Below the pieces are notes generated by a model, which was given only the letters and a program-made list of their open reading frames with translations, was not told the origin of the DNA and searched no databases. A stretch of 64,000 bases of DNA, taken from Octopus sinensis (taxonomy: Eukaryota). The translations under genes and the position numbers were made by a program. The stretch spans positions 1-64,000 of the forward strand of contig NW_021832852.1 in the NCBI RefSeq assembly GCF_006345805.1, written 5' to 3'. Position 1 is the first letter of the stretch. The number at the start of each line of letters is the position of its first letter. Positions 13,274-28,040 of the stretch are shown piece after piece.

Positions 13274-14745
13274 AGTAAACCAAAATAAAAAACGAACACT
13301 ACATTTTTCCTAAAATTTCCGAAAACGAATCAAAAAAAATATCTAAATAGAATTTAAACAATATATAAACAATAACTAATATTTTTATTTTGCAAAAAAA
13401 ATATATTTACCGCCTTTTTACGGCAAAAGTATAATCTGAACCAAAATAAAAAACGAACAAAATTTTATTTATTTAGTATGCCCACCACGTGTCGCAATTA
13501 CAGACAATATTCGTTCACTCATAGTTCCTACAATGATTTTGCATAATCCACTCCTATCTCATTCCAAATTTTTTGTAATTCTTCAAAAAGTTCCTCTTTT
13601 TTGGAATACGATTTCCTCCTTATTTTGCCTTCATATAGCTCCATAAGTGTTCAAGGGGTTAAGATCTGGGCTTTGCGCTGGCCAAGGTAGCAATTCGATA
13701 TTATAGTCTCAAAAAATTTTTGCAAGCACACATGTGTTGTTTTAGGTCGTTGTCCTGTTGAAAAATGGATCAATAATCCTATTTTTTCCAGAAATAACAA
13801 CAAATTGTTTGCCAAAATGTTAACATACAATGATTTATTCATTATTTTTTTTTATCCAAACCAGATTACTAAAATATTCAGACGTAAATGCACCACATAT
13901 CATCACACTTCCTTTTCCAAATTTTACGGTTTCAGTAATATTGCGTGAAACAAACTTTTCGGATTGTTGTCTTTATACAAATCTTCGTCCGTCGTTGTTT
14001 ACTAAGTTGAATTTTCATTCGTCGCTGAATATAACGTAATTCCAATAGCATATTCCATTTTGACAGATTTCCATTCTTCGTTCTTGTGTTTTTTAGTAAG
14101 ATGTGGTCTTATAGTCGGCGGAAATGCTTTGAAACCTCTTTGTTTTAGTGTATTTCTGATTGTTTCAGGTGTTACATTTTTCCCAGTTTCTTCTTTCAGT
14201 GCCTTCGCATATTTTACGCAATTAAATTTTGGATCTTCAATCCTTGCCTTATTGATTTTTTAAAATCATGTTCATTTAGAGCCGGGGACGACCAAAACCA
14301 TATTTTTCTTGAGCATGGAATATTTTGTTTATATTTTCGAATTGTTTTCGATATGGTATCAAGTGATCTTTTACACCATCTTTTAGTTATACGTTGTATT
14401 TCGCGATACGTCTTTCCGCATTTTGTAAATACCGATAATTGTTCCCTTTCTTCAAAACTCAATTGTCTGGCCATAATAAGTTATTATAGCGTCCCAAATA
14501 TTAATAATTTTCTAAAAAAAAATCATATATTTAATAACATTTACAAATAAAAAATTTTGTTCGTTTTTTATTTTGGTTCAGATTATACTTTTGTTGTAAA
14601 AAGGCGGTAAATATATTTTTTTTGGAAAAATAAAATATTAGTTATTGTTTATATATTGTTAAAATTCTATTTAGATATTTTTTTTGATTCGTTTCTTGGA
14701 AATTTTAGGAAAAATGTAGTGTTCGTTTTTTATTTTGGTTTACTG
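13274..14745 (-). mobile_element. Tc1-family DNA transposon, ~200-bp TIRs, frameshifted transposase
   Basis: Long inverted repeats (C)AGTAAACCAAAATAAAAAACGAAC... at 13274-13470 and 14545-14745, TA after the right end; transposase fragments MARQLSFEERE..., RPPTIRPHLTKKH, VIFSDE, GQRKAQILTP (the frameshifted QSPDLNP motif). Confidence 0.9.
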
Positions 14746-14759
14746 TAAGTTAATATTTT

Positions 14760-15950
14760 ACGCCAACAAAATGTAAATACGTGCTACCTGTGCTGAAAAA
14801 AGGTCTTCACCACGAGTAACTTGGGGATAATACCTTCAACCCGGTTAACAAATCCCATTAATTTTTGTGGTTGTTAGAACTTTTTTGCCTCTCCTGCGAT
14901 TTCTTCCAACATTTTAGCCTATATTCAGAAATTGAAGAACCATCCGAAGTTTTCTTATATTTGAGAATTATTGGCATCTTATCTCTTAGCATTTTTTTAC
15001 TTTGCTTTGAAAGTACTCCAGGCTAATTTAATTGGGTTTAATAAGTAGGAATATGGAGCCAATCGTAAAAGTTCAATATTTTCTTCTTGATCAAAAACTG
15101 ATTCCAATTGATTGTGAACAGGAGCATTGTCAATTAAAAGTGGGATCTTGTACGCCTGAAGACCTGCATTCATTAATTAACTTTTCATCCAATTTTTACA
15201 ATCTTTTCCTCTGTAAGAACCTCTTTTGAATGAAAATTAAACAATGTTGAAGCAGACATTGCACTTATACAATGTAAGTTAGAGCCTCTCGAATTTGGAG
15301 TAATGACAAAAGAACGAGATCCTATTTTTGATCGTTCTTCTTTTCTCTTACAATATAATTAAATTGGATTCATCGATCCAAATTAAAGTTCTTCCAGGAG
15401 ACTTGCTTTAAACAAGCAATCCAAATAATATATTCTTTTTTCTTTATTTTCAGGTGAATTTACGTTTGCAACTATTGGTCGACCGGTTTTGAAGAAATTA
15501 ATTCCCCATCAAGCCAATTTTTTACTGTTGTAACCGACACAGACATTGAATAATTTTTTCGTATTTTCTCCGCGCATTCTTTCAAAGTGATCTGAGGATC
15601 AGTTTCAATCCAACTGATTAATTCATTTATATTTATTTGATTTTTTTGAATGTCTTTTACCTCCTCTTGGATGTCTTTCTTTATCTTTATTTTCAATCCA
15701 AAGATAAGCTGTTCTCAAATTAACTCCAGGAGAGGAGCATAGAGACTGCCAATCGCCAAAATTTTAATGTGCTTCAATTATTATTTTTTTTGTATCATCA
15801 TTGTATTTTCGATATCTTGTTTTTTCAGTCATCAAACAATTTTCGATGTATTTTGACGAAAAATTTCTTATATGCAAATTGACTTTCGTAATTACAAATT
15901 TAAAGGTTGTTATTGACAAATTGATTTTTTCAGATGACATTTGAAGTTTG
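14760..15950 (-). mobile_element. Degenerate IS630/Tc1-mariner (DDE_3) transposase
   Basis: MTEKTRYRKYNDDTKKIII..., WIETDPQITLKECAEKI, IDN(A)PVH, LLRLAPYSYLLNPIK motifs across frameshifts and stops. Confidence 0.75.
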
Positions 15951-15959
15951 CCTGCGTTT

Positions 15960-17100
15960 TCCAAGAGGATGCCTGTCGAGCCAAGAGGAGACTACCGAAT
16001 TCTTCCGCAATCAGCTCGCAGTGGTTTTGGAAGAAGATCCATCTGCCAGCCTCCAAAGAGGATAAGTTCCAAAGTCATAGAAAAAAACTAAAGTGTATAT
16101 GGAAAACTTTCCAAAACATGTGTGCATCTCAACAAATGTGTTTATTTATGCTGATGACGTTATTATTACGTTCGAGGCAGCCTTTCAGGCGAATTCGGGA
16201 ATGAAACTAAAAATCTACTTAAATAAAACAGGGATGACAGTGAATTACTTGACTCTGTCAATTGAGATGTCACACTCGAGTAGAAGTGCAAAAACCTTAC
16301 CATACACGATTGATATTCGGAAGACTAATCGTTTTTATACCTGGGAGTCCAATTTTCTGAAAATGGAAAGTGGACGAAGACATTATTCTAAGGAAAAAAC
16401 GATGTACATAAATGAGCATGTGCCTAATCAAATTTTTCCTGCCCCTGGAGACCCTGAAATTTATTTTCCGGTTGGTATTCTTCCTGTGGTGATGTATGGG
16501 CTGGAAGGGTGAATCTTTCCCCTTCTAAGGCAAGAATTATAAAACTACTGGAAAAACGAGGAGATCGATATCAAAGTGGTTGTGGCGTAAATCTAACAGA
16601 GAAAATGCCGAGCTGTCACAAAACCTTTCCTATGATTGGTGACCTTGTCCTTTCGAAGGCAAGAGGGCAAACTCAAAATAATCGTGTATTTTGGACTCTT
16701 TAACTCTTCGGCCTGATCACTGGCAAAGCCCGGGTTGCTGCAAGTTTTGAGTAACATGGTCACCAAGAAGGAGTCGAGGCAGGTGTCGTTCCAAACCAGG
16801 GACTTGCGTCCCCTGAAGGAAAGGTCGTCATCCCGTCGGGACGCTTATCGTCGCTCCCGGAAAGGCCGACAGACCTTAGAATGGAAGGGAAACTAGCCGA
16901 CTTTAAAGTTGAGTGTGGCGAGAAATTCTACCGGCACTCTTTGTACACGACAAGGCGTGGAGCTGTTCTACGAAATTGTGGACCCGCACCGGCAATGGTG
17001 GGGCTGGCAGATGTTCAACACAAGCGTAAACAGATCCCGATCGGTAAGGATTCATTGTCCAGTGGTAATCCCGTGCTGAGGATAGGAAGTGCTTTAAGCC
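15960..17100 (+). mobile_element. Degraded non-LTR retrotransposon RT/3' region
   Basis: VFIYADDVII (RT YADD motif) and LPVVMYGLE thumb-region motif; many stops and frameshifts. Confidence 0.6.
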
Positions 17101-18085
17101 AATGAAAAACAAAATAGAAATCTATAAACTATAGAGCAAAGAATCACAAGTTATTTTATTATCGCAATAAAAACACTTCGGGAGAGGTATATGAGTTCAT
17201 TGTTTGCAAGGTAAGCAAAAATGTAAGTTAAATAAACTATAAAAATACTTTGAACCAAACCCTAGTTTTTGATGGCACTTCCGCTTTAAATTTATGATGA
17301 TGAATACAAATTAAACAATTTTCATATTTCTTAGAAAGTACTAAGCTGACAGCAACATGTAGGAGAAAGGATTATTGAATTAAAAACATGGAAAATATTC
17401 AGGGGTACATGTACTTATGTAAAGAACAGTGAAAGTCTATTTCTTTTTTCTTTGATAAATGTTGAATTATAAATAAAGTCTTTTAAAGTCGTTTGAAAAA
17501 TAATGAGTTATCAAATAAGCCATCTTATAGTAAGGTTCTTGCTGCTTGATGAATCAAAATTAGTTTCTTGCTTGGTCCACTCTTAAAGATATGCATAGTA
17601 TTTGAGTTTGTTACTAAGACGTGAATTATTTTATGGAAAGCAGACTTTTTTGAGTTGGAAAAAACAATCCAGTCGCCTTTTACATAAAACAATGAATTTT
17701 TGACTAGCTAAAGTAGTCATTTAAATTAATGTTTACTTTTGAAGCGGCCGAAGTTAAGAATAAAAATACTTCAGCCCAAAATGCTGCTTTGTCACGTTGC
17801 GATCCATTTCAGTGTATATTTGTATAGAATTGGCCGAGATGAAAAAACTAAAGACTACTTAGACTGTTGGAAATGGATATACAAAATTCACAGCGATCTC
17901 AAAGCGTATTTCTTGGCTTGAAACTCAAGACGTGAACAAGAGACAACTTAATACTACAAAACATCCCCTCTCAGTTTAATCTGTCAAAACTCCTTGCCTA
18001 CCCTGAGTTAGAAATATAAGACTAGCAAATGCAAAAACAAATAGAAAGATTTTTAATACAGTCAAATAGAACCGAATTTCAATAT

Positions 18086-21000
18086 CTACATCCTGTTCTT
18101 CCATGCAGAAATGAAACTAAAATATTAAATAAAAAATCAAACTCCAATCCGATAAAAAGAGCATCATTATTTACAGCAAAACAATTAATCCCCTTGTCAC
18201 TAATTTTAAACGAGTCATTGCACTCCATCGACTCCGAATTCCACACTTTGACCACACTATTCCGACACCCACTAACAAACGCATTCTCCAAAAACGGAAT
18301 ATCGTGGACACACTGAATACTCCTTCCAGAATGTTCCAGAACATTCCTCTAGAAATATAACCATAGACATCACATTGACTATTCTTAACGAATCCCTCAC
18401 ATCCCATTTACACACACACCCGTCATGACTTACTGAGAATAGAAAACTCCCAATCACATATAGATGGACAATTCTATCATTGTGGGGAGTGCGAACAACA
18501 CATCTGGGGTGAACATCCCCAAAAGTGTCCCCTTTCACATTAAACACCTTATCAAGTTATTCTCCCAAAATATACACAAAGAGTTCGATCTTTCAAAGCA
18601 GCAATGAGATAAAGAACATCCTCAATGACCACCTCAAGCAAAAATACAATCAAAGAGTCGCACATAAATGTATTGGGACGTGCTTCCATTCTAAAATAAT
18701 GACCCAATGTGCAAACCTGGACAAATCCCAGACATTCACAACATTGGAATGAGAAGAATACAGACTTAGTCTATCCACAGATAACACACAACCAACGGCG
18801 TCGAACAAGCGTTGGGCATTTCATTAAAACTTTGTGCATTCCTGAATACACTTCCATCAGAACTGACACTCAAAATGTAAAAATAACCAAAAAATAGAAA
18901 ATTTCTTTTTAGCAGGCTCTCGAATGTCCCACACCATTGAGCAGTACGAAGCCGTCATGACCACCATCCTCAGTTCGGGGGAAAGGTTGATATTCCTCGT
19001 GACGTGGGGGTATCCACTGTAAGTCTGCACTTCACAAAACGCCTCCAAATCCCACAAATTATTCGAACAGTCTGGAATCAGTTATTGAGAGTAACCCTTG
19101 CTAGAACTCACAAGTCTATCCTGACTGGCACTCATTGACACAATTCCCCCACGTGGCCCTCTTATTTCGAACACATTCTCCAGGAATAAGGACTTGGGTC
19201 CGCTCTTTCCTTCAGAAAAGTGGGAAAACCGAGAACTAAATTTGAGGTATGGACACTACCTCTCCATCGCGTCCTTTATTTTCTGTACATCTGAGATAGA
19301 GAAAGTGTGACTGGCCGACTTGATGAACATGTGATGAGGCACAGGTACAACACTTCCACTCGACGACGTAGCAATAGTACTAAACATGCAACAACAGTTC
19401 AACCACCTGGACAAAGTGTCAATCATCGAGGGCATGGCAGTCAGTCTGTGTTTTCTTGGAATAACTTCCTAAAACTAAACCAAAATACCAACATCTTGGA
19501 CGACACCAACTTGAACTGTCCTGCAGTGTGAATCATAAGGTAATACAGTTCATTAGGATTGGTTGTGGAAGGAATGTCTCCGTCAAATTCATCCTCGGTC
19601 TCTGGGAGGAATATTAGTCACTCAACCTTCTTCATCGTCGAAATCTGGATCAGACACGTCATCTCCGAGGAAACTCAAGTCAATATTCAACTTGTCTTCG
19701 TCGTTGGGCACCAAGTCCATCAGATTGCCATACAATTCCGCCCTGAAACTACTCCGTGCGTCCAATTTGGAAATTCTCGCACGAAGTGCCTTATTATCCA
19801 CAATTGTCTTCTCCAACTGCACAATCTGTCTATTAGTCTACAACAATCAGCCTTCTCGATCATGTTCTCGAGGATATTGACCAGAATCGGCTTGATATCC
19901 TCAGAATTCTGTAAGTAATCACATAGACTGGAGGACAACTCGTCGGCAGACCCAAATTCATTCTATACTCATAATTCACTCACTCCACCTTTTTGGACAT
20001 GAAATGTGTTATCTTTGACTGACAATCCTTCACGTGACTGCTTATAAACTCAATCGTAGACTCCACCGAGGATATCTTTGTATCCAGCAAATCAGCCTTA
20101 TCCTTCTCGTCATAATTCATAACCAACTGTTTTATGAGCAGGGAGACGTGATCTCTTCTCCCTTAATGATACAAGCCGTTTTTTATATGAATTTTGTTTC
20201 TAGAAGGACTAGAATGTTCTCAAACTACCTTAACCCAACTGAACATGTCCTTTTCTATATTGTTGATTGTCACTTGATGTCCACTCATGTTGGAAATCCA
20301 ATCCTCCACTGTTTTTATGTTCTTGTCGACCAATTCCTTCAATATCTTTCTCCTATCTAAGCATAAATAACACAGTCATACTCGATTTAGTCGCCTCCAC
20401 ACTGATTAGCCTATTCTTCCTTCTCAGACTCTCAATCTAATTAGTTAATCCACCACACTCCAACATCGGCCTGCTTCCTCTTTAGCAACGAGTCTTTCTG
20501 CTCCAACCCAATTTTTAGACTTCTGTTATCAGACAATGTTCGCTGAAACTTCCTTTCGAGTTGATTGACTTCTTTGGTATGACCCACATCCCTCTGTCGA
20601 CTCCGAGTGGCTTCCTCTCTCATTTTCTTCATCATATTGACCTTAAATATATTTCACAATACACCTTTAATTTCTTCATCTCCGCCAATTCTTTCTTCAG
20701 CATTTGAAGGTCCCGCTCAGAAGTGGCAGTGATTTTGAGTTGCTGTGTCTTCTCTCGCAGTAATGACTTGTATTTCTGAACACAACTATTTAATTCTGCG
20801 ATCTTCTTCTCACATTCCTCCACTCTCTCGTTAGAACGGACATCCTTCTTGTCTATTGAGTATTACAGAGGTTAATTTACTGCTGTTTCGTCTTGATATC
20901 AAATCACGTTCTTGCTCCAAGGACTTTATTTTGCTGAGCATTGCTCCTATTTTAGTCTCGTAACAAGTCTCCATCTCTTTGCAGCGAATACGGGAGGTTT

Positions 21001-22939
21001 CAATCACTCGAATCAGCCTTTCTTTCGACTCAATCTCCTGTGCCAGACTGACCATTTGACTGGAATCAGAAATGCCGTCCACAGTCCCATCTCTCTCAAT
21101 CAACGTGTTATCTTCCTCTCTGCTCTCCATATCCTCACTTTGTCTAATAAATTAACTAATTGGCTTATTATTTACGTATCAGAACACATTCTTGTAGATT
21201 CCTCTCTTTGTCTGCGCACTGTTTGGATGAGTTGATTAATCTATTAATTCATTTAGACCACTCACATCAGTGTCGGGTGTTTTGTCATCATGTTTGAGTG
21301 ACTCCAAATCAAATATTTTATTCCTTCACATTACTCAAATGAGATTACTTGAGTGACGAGTTCTCTTCTATTAGTTCTTTTATTATAATATCCGAACAAC
21401 CCATGTCCTCCCCACCACACACTACACTCAAATCACACAACTCACCTGCCAAATATTCTTCCAGCCTATTTTTATCTGAATTGATCTGAATCTCTTCAAA
21501 ACGGGAAATATGACGACTAATTTCTAGCTTCTGTTCACTTATTTGCTGGTGAAGCTGCGAATTCTCCATTTCTAGGTCAATCAGTCTCAGTCTCATCCCA
21601 TCCGAATTCTACCAGTCCACCACAAGTCCAAATACCCCACAACTGGCCAACTCCTTCTGCAATTTCAATATTTGTGTCCGAAGAGTCATAATTTCCCGAC
21701 TATTGAGATCTTGGTTGACTGTTGCCTTATTTTCTATATTCTTTGCTCTATTTGCATATTCGACTGTCCCAGTTGTCTCAATACAGTCACGGACAGAGGG
21801 GGAAACACACGCCAACATGACAGTCCGACTATTCCCCCCAAGCGAATCCTGCAATATTCGAGTCAGCTTTGAAGTCCGATAAGGCACAAATGTCCCTGTC
21901 TTCATTTTATCAGCCAAAGCTGAGATTACGTTGCCCAATGCAAACTAGAGTCCTCCAAACACACCAAACCAGTCCACAATTTATAGAAATCCCCTCCTTT
22001 GCCCTCTCTCCGGTCGCACCAGTCCTTTTTAGTCGTTCTGACCCAGCAAGATCCACAAAATTAAATTTAGATGTGAGAATCTCCTTGTGTGACTCACCCT
22101 GATCCAATCAGACTAATTAATCAACTTTTTCCAACTCAATGACTTTCTCTTGGTTAATTAAAATAGAAAATATTGCATGAGAACGAGAAGATTGGTTGTT
22201 CATGTTAGTACTTCCTGTCGTTCTCTGATCACAACCCATTCTGAGTTGGTTTGTCACTTGTTCCAAGTCAGTCACCACCTTCATGGTTGCCCCCACCAAA
22301 TATATTCCTCCCTGGGAATCCTCGTGGATTTTTATTTGACTTTTATTCTACGATATGACCATTTTGGACTACTTTTGTGCCAATGTCCAACAAATCTCTG
22401 ATTTCCTCGTTGTAAATCTGCCAATTTGAACTGACCTGACAAACCTCGACAAATTGGATGGACAGTTTGAATTCTGACTCAGAACGTGCTTTAATCCCCG
22501 AAAATAAATGAGAAAGAGCACGAGGAATTATCCCCACTTGGTCTTCCTTCAAATCCACGTTGAATGACGAGCCCATCGAGAAAGTCTTCCCAGAACCGGT
22601 CTAAAGTAGAAAGGAGTTATAAAACCTGTCCATATGCGAGGATTGTGGCATTGTAGCCTTCGAAGGACCTACAATTAGATAGGGAAATACCCTTCCACTA
22701 AATTGTGGGCGATTGAGGAATAGATTTGAGATTGGTTGGATTTGACCCCAAAAACGTGGTCGAAAGTGAAATATTTATTGCCTCCCAACAATATTTGGGA
22801 GGTCTCAGGTAGGACTTTAGTGTAGTAGGGATATTCCTCACATAACTCACTCCCGGTGAGAGGACGGACACTGGTGGTGATTGAAATTTATTTACCGAAT
22901 GGCCACCTTAACTTTCGAATTCTCGTTCAATTTATTCAT
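18086..22939 (-). CDS. KIF21: Kinesin-4 family KIF21A/B-like motor (motor domain, coiled coil, C-terminal WD40); many tiny introns
   Basis: [15 protein letters not shown]|VRPL...FTFDHVF...EG|[14 protein letters not shown]|[11 protein letters not shown] (P-loop), [47 protein letters not shown]; coiled coils; WD40 pieces ([56 protein letters not shown]). Motor plus WD40 is the KIF21 architecture. Confidence 0.9.
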
Positions 22940-23281
22940 TTATTCTACTAATAATAAATATATATAAATGTATAAGATATGGAAAACACTACCACAACTT
23001 AAAACGACCGCTTGTTCATAATTTATTTATTATTTTATATAATTTATGAATATATATTTATTAATAAGTAAATAATATTTATTTAACCGATAAATTGGTT
23101 TTAATTAAACAGACATTTTTGAATATTAAAGTAGTTCTTCTAACTAATTCATCATTGCTTGGTTACTATAATTAATCAATATTTAACATTTATTTTTATA
23201 AAATGTAATTAAGATGTAGACGATTAGAATATTATAAATAATTTTAAATTAATACAAGTAATATATCACATTGTTACACAA

Positions 23282-24785
<1,504 letters not shown>

Positions 24786-25789
24786 TTTACATTAATTACT
24801 TTTTTTGGTCATTTCATTTTTGTTGTTTATTTTTTTCTAATCTGAAGATTGTAGTGATTTGACTTTTAATTTGCTTTGAACAAGATAATTTGAAAATAAA
24901 AAACACAAATTGAAAAATCAATCGAGTTTTATTTATAATTTGTCAGAAACCTGGAATGAAGTTAATGTTTCTATTTCTAGACTTTGTGGTTAAACTTGGT
25001 TGAGAATCTGACTCATTATTATTTTTATCATTCCACATAACTTCTTCGGACCCTCCTCAGAGAAGTCGGGATCACCTGATTAATTAGTTCTATGATTTTG
25101 GACGGTGATCTTGGTTATAATAATAACATAACTTCTTCCGGGGTCCCCAGTTTTTGAAAATTATTTTTAGAGAGTCGAAATTTTCATCACTTGACTGCAA
25201 AACGAAATATACAACTGAATCTATTAGTGAGATCCTAATAGTCCGATAGATTTTCTGAATAGGTCATTAAAATAAGAATCTTAAAAAAGATTTTTGAGGA
25301 TTTTGGCAGCGGTCTTAAATATAAAAGAAAGCTCCGGACACAAAAAACGCTTTTTCACAAAAGTGATGATAATTGTGTGTTTTAAAATGTTCTGTATTGA
25401 ACGAAATATTACTCTTCTTAGGCAATAGTTTGCTTTATGTTTCAAATCAGCATAAAATTGAAGATTATCCTCTTCAAAATTCCGAAAAAACTATATTTAT
25501 TTATCTTCTCCCTTGTAAGAAGCTTAATAAACACACGGCGAATCTTTAAAAAGACGGCCTGCACACAGAAACTAATAATTACAAGAAAAAAACAACCTTT
25601 CTAAATATTCTACAATCTTAAAATTGATGAAGCAGGATGGGTTGGACATATTTGGGATGAGGACTTAAAGAAGTTTGAGCAGCTTTTCCAATACCTGCAA
25701 TAAAATAATTTATTTTCATTAGAAAATAAAAATTGGTTTTATTTTTTATTATATGTCACAGTCCGAATAAAATACGCTAGAAATTTAAA

Positions 25790-26120
25790 AAATTAGTCTG
25801 ACATAATAAATATCTATTTTGAAGATGGAAAAACATATTTTTGAAAGAATGGGCTTAATTTGCGTTTTTTCTGTGAAGATGAAATCGAATTAAAGTGCGT
25901 TGAGGTGCAAAAATAAAAGTTAGGCGGAACATTACCACTTTGGGAGAGACCGGCTTTTTTCGAAATTAAGAAATCTCAATTATGGATTGAATAGAGAAGA
26001 AATCTCTAAGGTGATTTCGCTTTGTGCTTTCTGTCAAGTAATAACTCTTTTCAATAAATATTTTTGGTCTAAAAAATTATTGTATACGAAGCCTCCAATT
26101 ACGCCAATCATTGCTGATTT
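25790..26120 (+). mobile_element. Remnant of a Ginger/Gypsy-integrase-type transposase (N-terminal H2C2 region)
   Basis: YFEDGKTYF..NGLNLRFFCEDEIELKC..., TLGRDRLFFEIKKSQ..GLNREEISKVISLCAFCQ..TKPPITPIIA; similar to the N-terminus of the element at 48232-49567. Confidence 0.55.
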
Positions 26121-26795
26121 ACTATTTAAATATTTTAAAAATTAATCAATCATGTAATGTTATTATATAATAATTGACTATATAATGAATGTAACTTGGT
26201 TTATAATATACTAATACAAAAATATCTGATAATATTTCTCTCACAAGTAACATATTAATCAAAAAATAGTCAGCAAAAATAATAATACATTTACTTTTTT
26301 ATTAGAAAAAGTGAGTAATAATCATTATTTTAATATAATCAAATTTCGAATTTTTATGCACAACTTTGTATTTACAGAAAATTATACCTTCCACTTTATC
26401 AACATCATTACTATTTTTTACTGCTTATTATGTCAGTTTTTCCAAAACAGCATCTTTTAAACAACAGAAACATTTCCAAACAAATCAACAATATGTCACA
26501 AGTAATATTACATTTGCTTCAAACACATCTAAAATAAACATTATTACATATATGATTCTTATTTACCATCGTTTATCTATCTCAGAATTTATCCTCTTGC
26601 TCAATGGCACGTGCTAAAAATTCATATGTCAAAAATAAAAAAATTGTCCTAATTTTTTGGTATATTGTCTACAATGATACAAAAAAAGAACACAAAAATA
26701 AGGTTTCATCTTTCCCTGTATATATTCCCTGTCCAAAAATCACCAAGTCCTCTCAAAAAATAAAAAAACAAATAAGAGCATAATAATCAAACAAA

Positions 26796-27058
26796 TTAGA
26801 CATTTTTATCACGATTTGTTTGCCAAATAAAGATCCTGCTCATATTGACTTCCAGAATAGTCTTCTGGTCCTGAATATAGTTGAGTCGATCATCTAACTT
26901 GCAAATCTGTCTGAGTGCTTCCTTATAATTTTTGTCTAAAAATGCTTCTGCCTCATCCAACTCATATTCCATCAATATATTCGCCTGCATCCTTTATAAC
27001 ACATTTATACTCCCAGCAGTAAATACACACTCGATACTGATTCTATTCGAGCCTTTGA
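26796..27058 (-). pseudogene. VBP1: 5'-truncated DNA-level duplicate of prefoldin subunit 3 (last two exons plus intron, and 3' flank back to 26603)
   Basis: 26603-27058 is nearly identical to 40651-41116 and keeps the intron gtataaatgtgttataaaggatgcag; encodes ANILMEYELDEAEAFLDKNY...ILEVNMSRIFIW. Confidence 0.85.
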
Positions 27059-27215
27059 ATATTTTTAACGACAGAAACATTTCCAAATTTTATAATGATT
27101 AAACAACAAACAAATCAACAATATGTCACAAATAATTACTTATCTATCATCGTTTATCTATATTACAGAATTTATCTTCTTGCTCTCCAAAAATTCCGAA
27201 ATCGGAATCGCCCTC

Positions 27216-28040
27216 TTATAGAGTCATTGACTCTTTCCACTTCTCTATGAAGTCATACGCCATTCCGTCGGCGATACTCTGATCCACAACAGCAACACAC
27301 TCACCAAAATAACAAAACAGTACACACCAATTAAAGGCAAGAACAAGAACGGAAACACAGCTTTTGTCGTCAATGACAATATCTTTTAGTGACGACTCCT
27401 CTTTGAAAGGCTGAACCACCTAACTGGATAATCTAACGAAGATGAGTACAGCCATTTTGAAATCCGCCTGCCCCTTTTTTCCAGATGTCAATTTCGTCGT
27501 GAGCAACGACAATGCAGTCAAAGTTGACCTCTCTCCCGACAGAATCTTCAATTGTTTCCAGAAATCTGGGAAGCGCCTCTCAACTAGTCTGCAGGCCCGC
27601 TCTTACCGTGGACTTTCGATTTCACGGATTTCTCTCCTGATCTCCATCTGAAGCCGGCTAATCCAGCTCTTCATAGACGTATTTCCCATAGTCTGGACAG
27701 CCGGGCTTGAACTTAATTTTATTTAACACCCGGCACGGAATCTTGGGATGTGACTGACCCTGCACTGAGTTCTGTTTGAAAAAACAACATCGTAACAGGC
27801 ACGAGACAACCCAATCATTTTACATGCTTTTGTCAAAATTCGTCTTCTTTTGATCCTAATCTTACTCGAACAGTCCAATCCAGCCACTCTCATCACAGCA
27901 GGAATCTACTCAATCAGACAACACAATACCATTCTATAAATTGCACAAACCACCACTCCAAAATTGAAGTAAATCAATGTGGAATGAAGCAAACCGAGAC
28001 TTTCGAGCACAACAGGCGACTGAGGATGTCCCAACATTCC
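27216..28040 (-). CDS. Unidentified GC-rich multi-exon gene; start approximate
   Basis: Frame can be continued through 24-30 nt GT-AG introns: ...MRVAGLDCSSKIRIKRRRILTKACKMIGLSRACYDVVFSNRTQCRVSHIPRFRA|PAVQTMGNTSMKSWISRLQMEIRREI|QRACRLVERRFPDFWKQL...KMA|VVQPFKEESSLKDIVIDD...ADGMAYDFIEKWKESMTL. GC content resembles the neighbouring real genes. Confidence 0.5.

Noticed and set aside
27590-27630. In-frame TAA suggesting read-through or an alternative genetic code
   Set aside because: A 24-nt GT-AG intron (27602-27625) removes it in frame, and the well-conserved genes I reconstructed read normally with standard stops.
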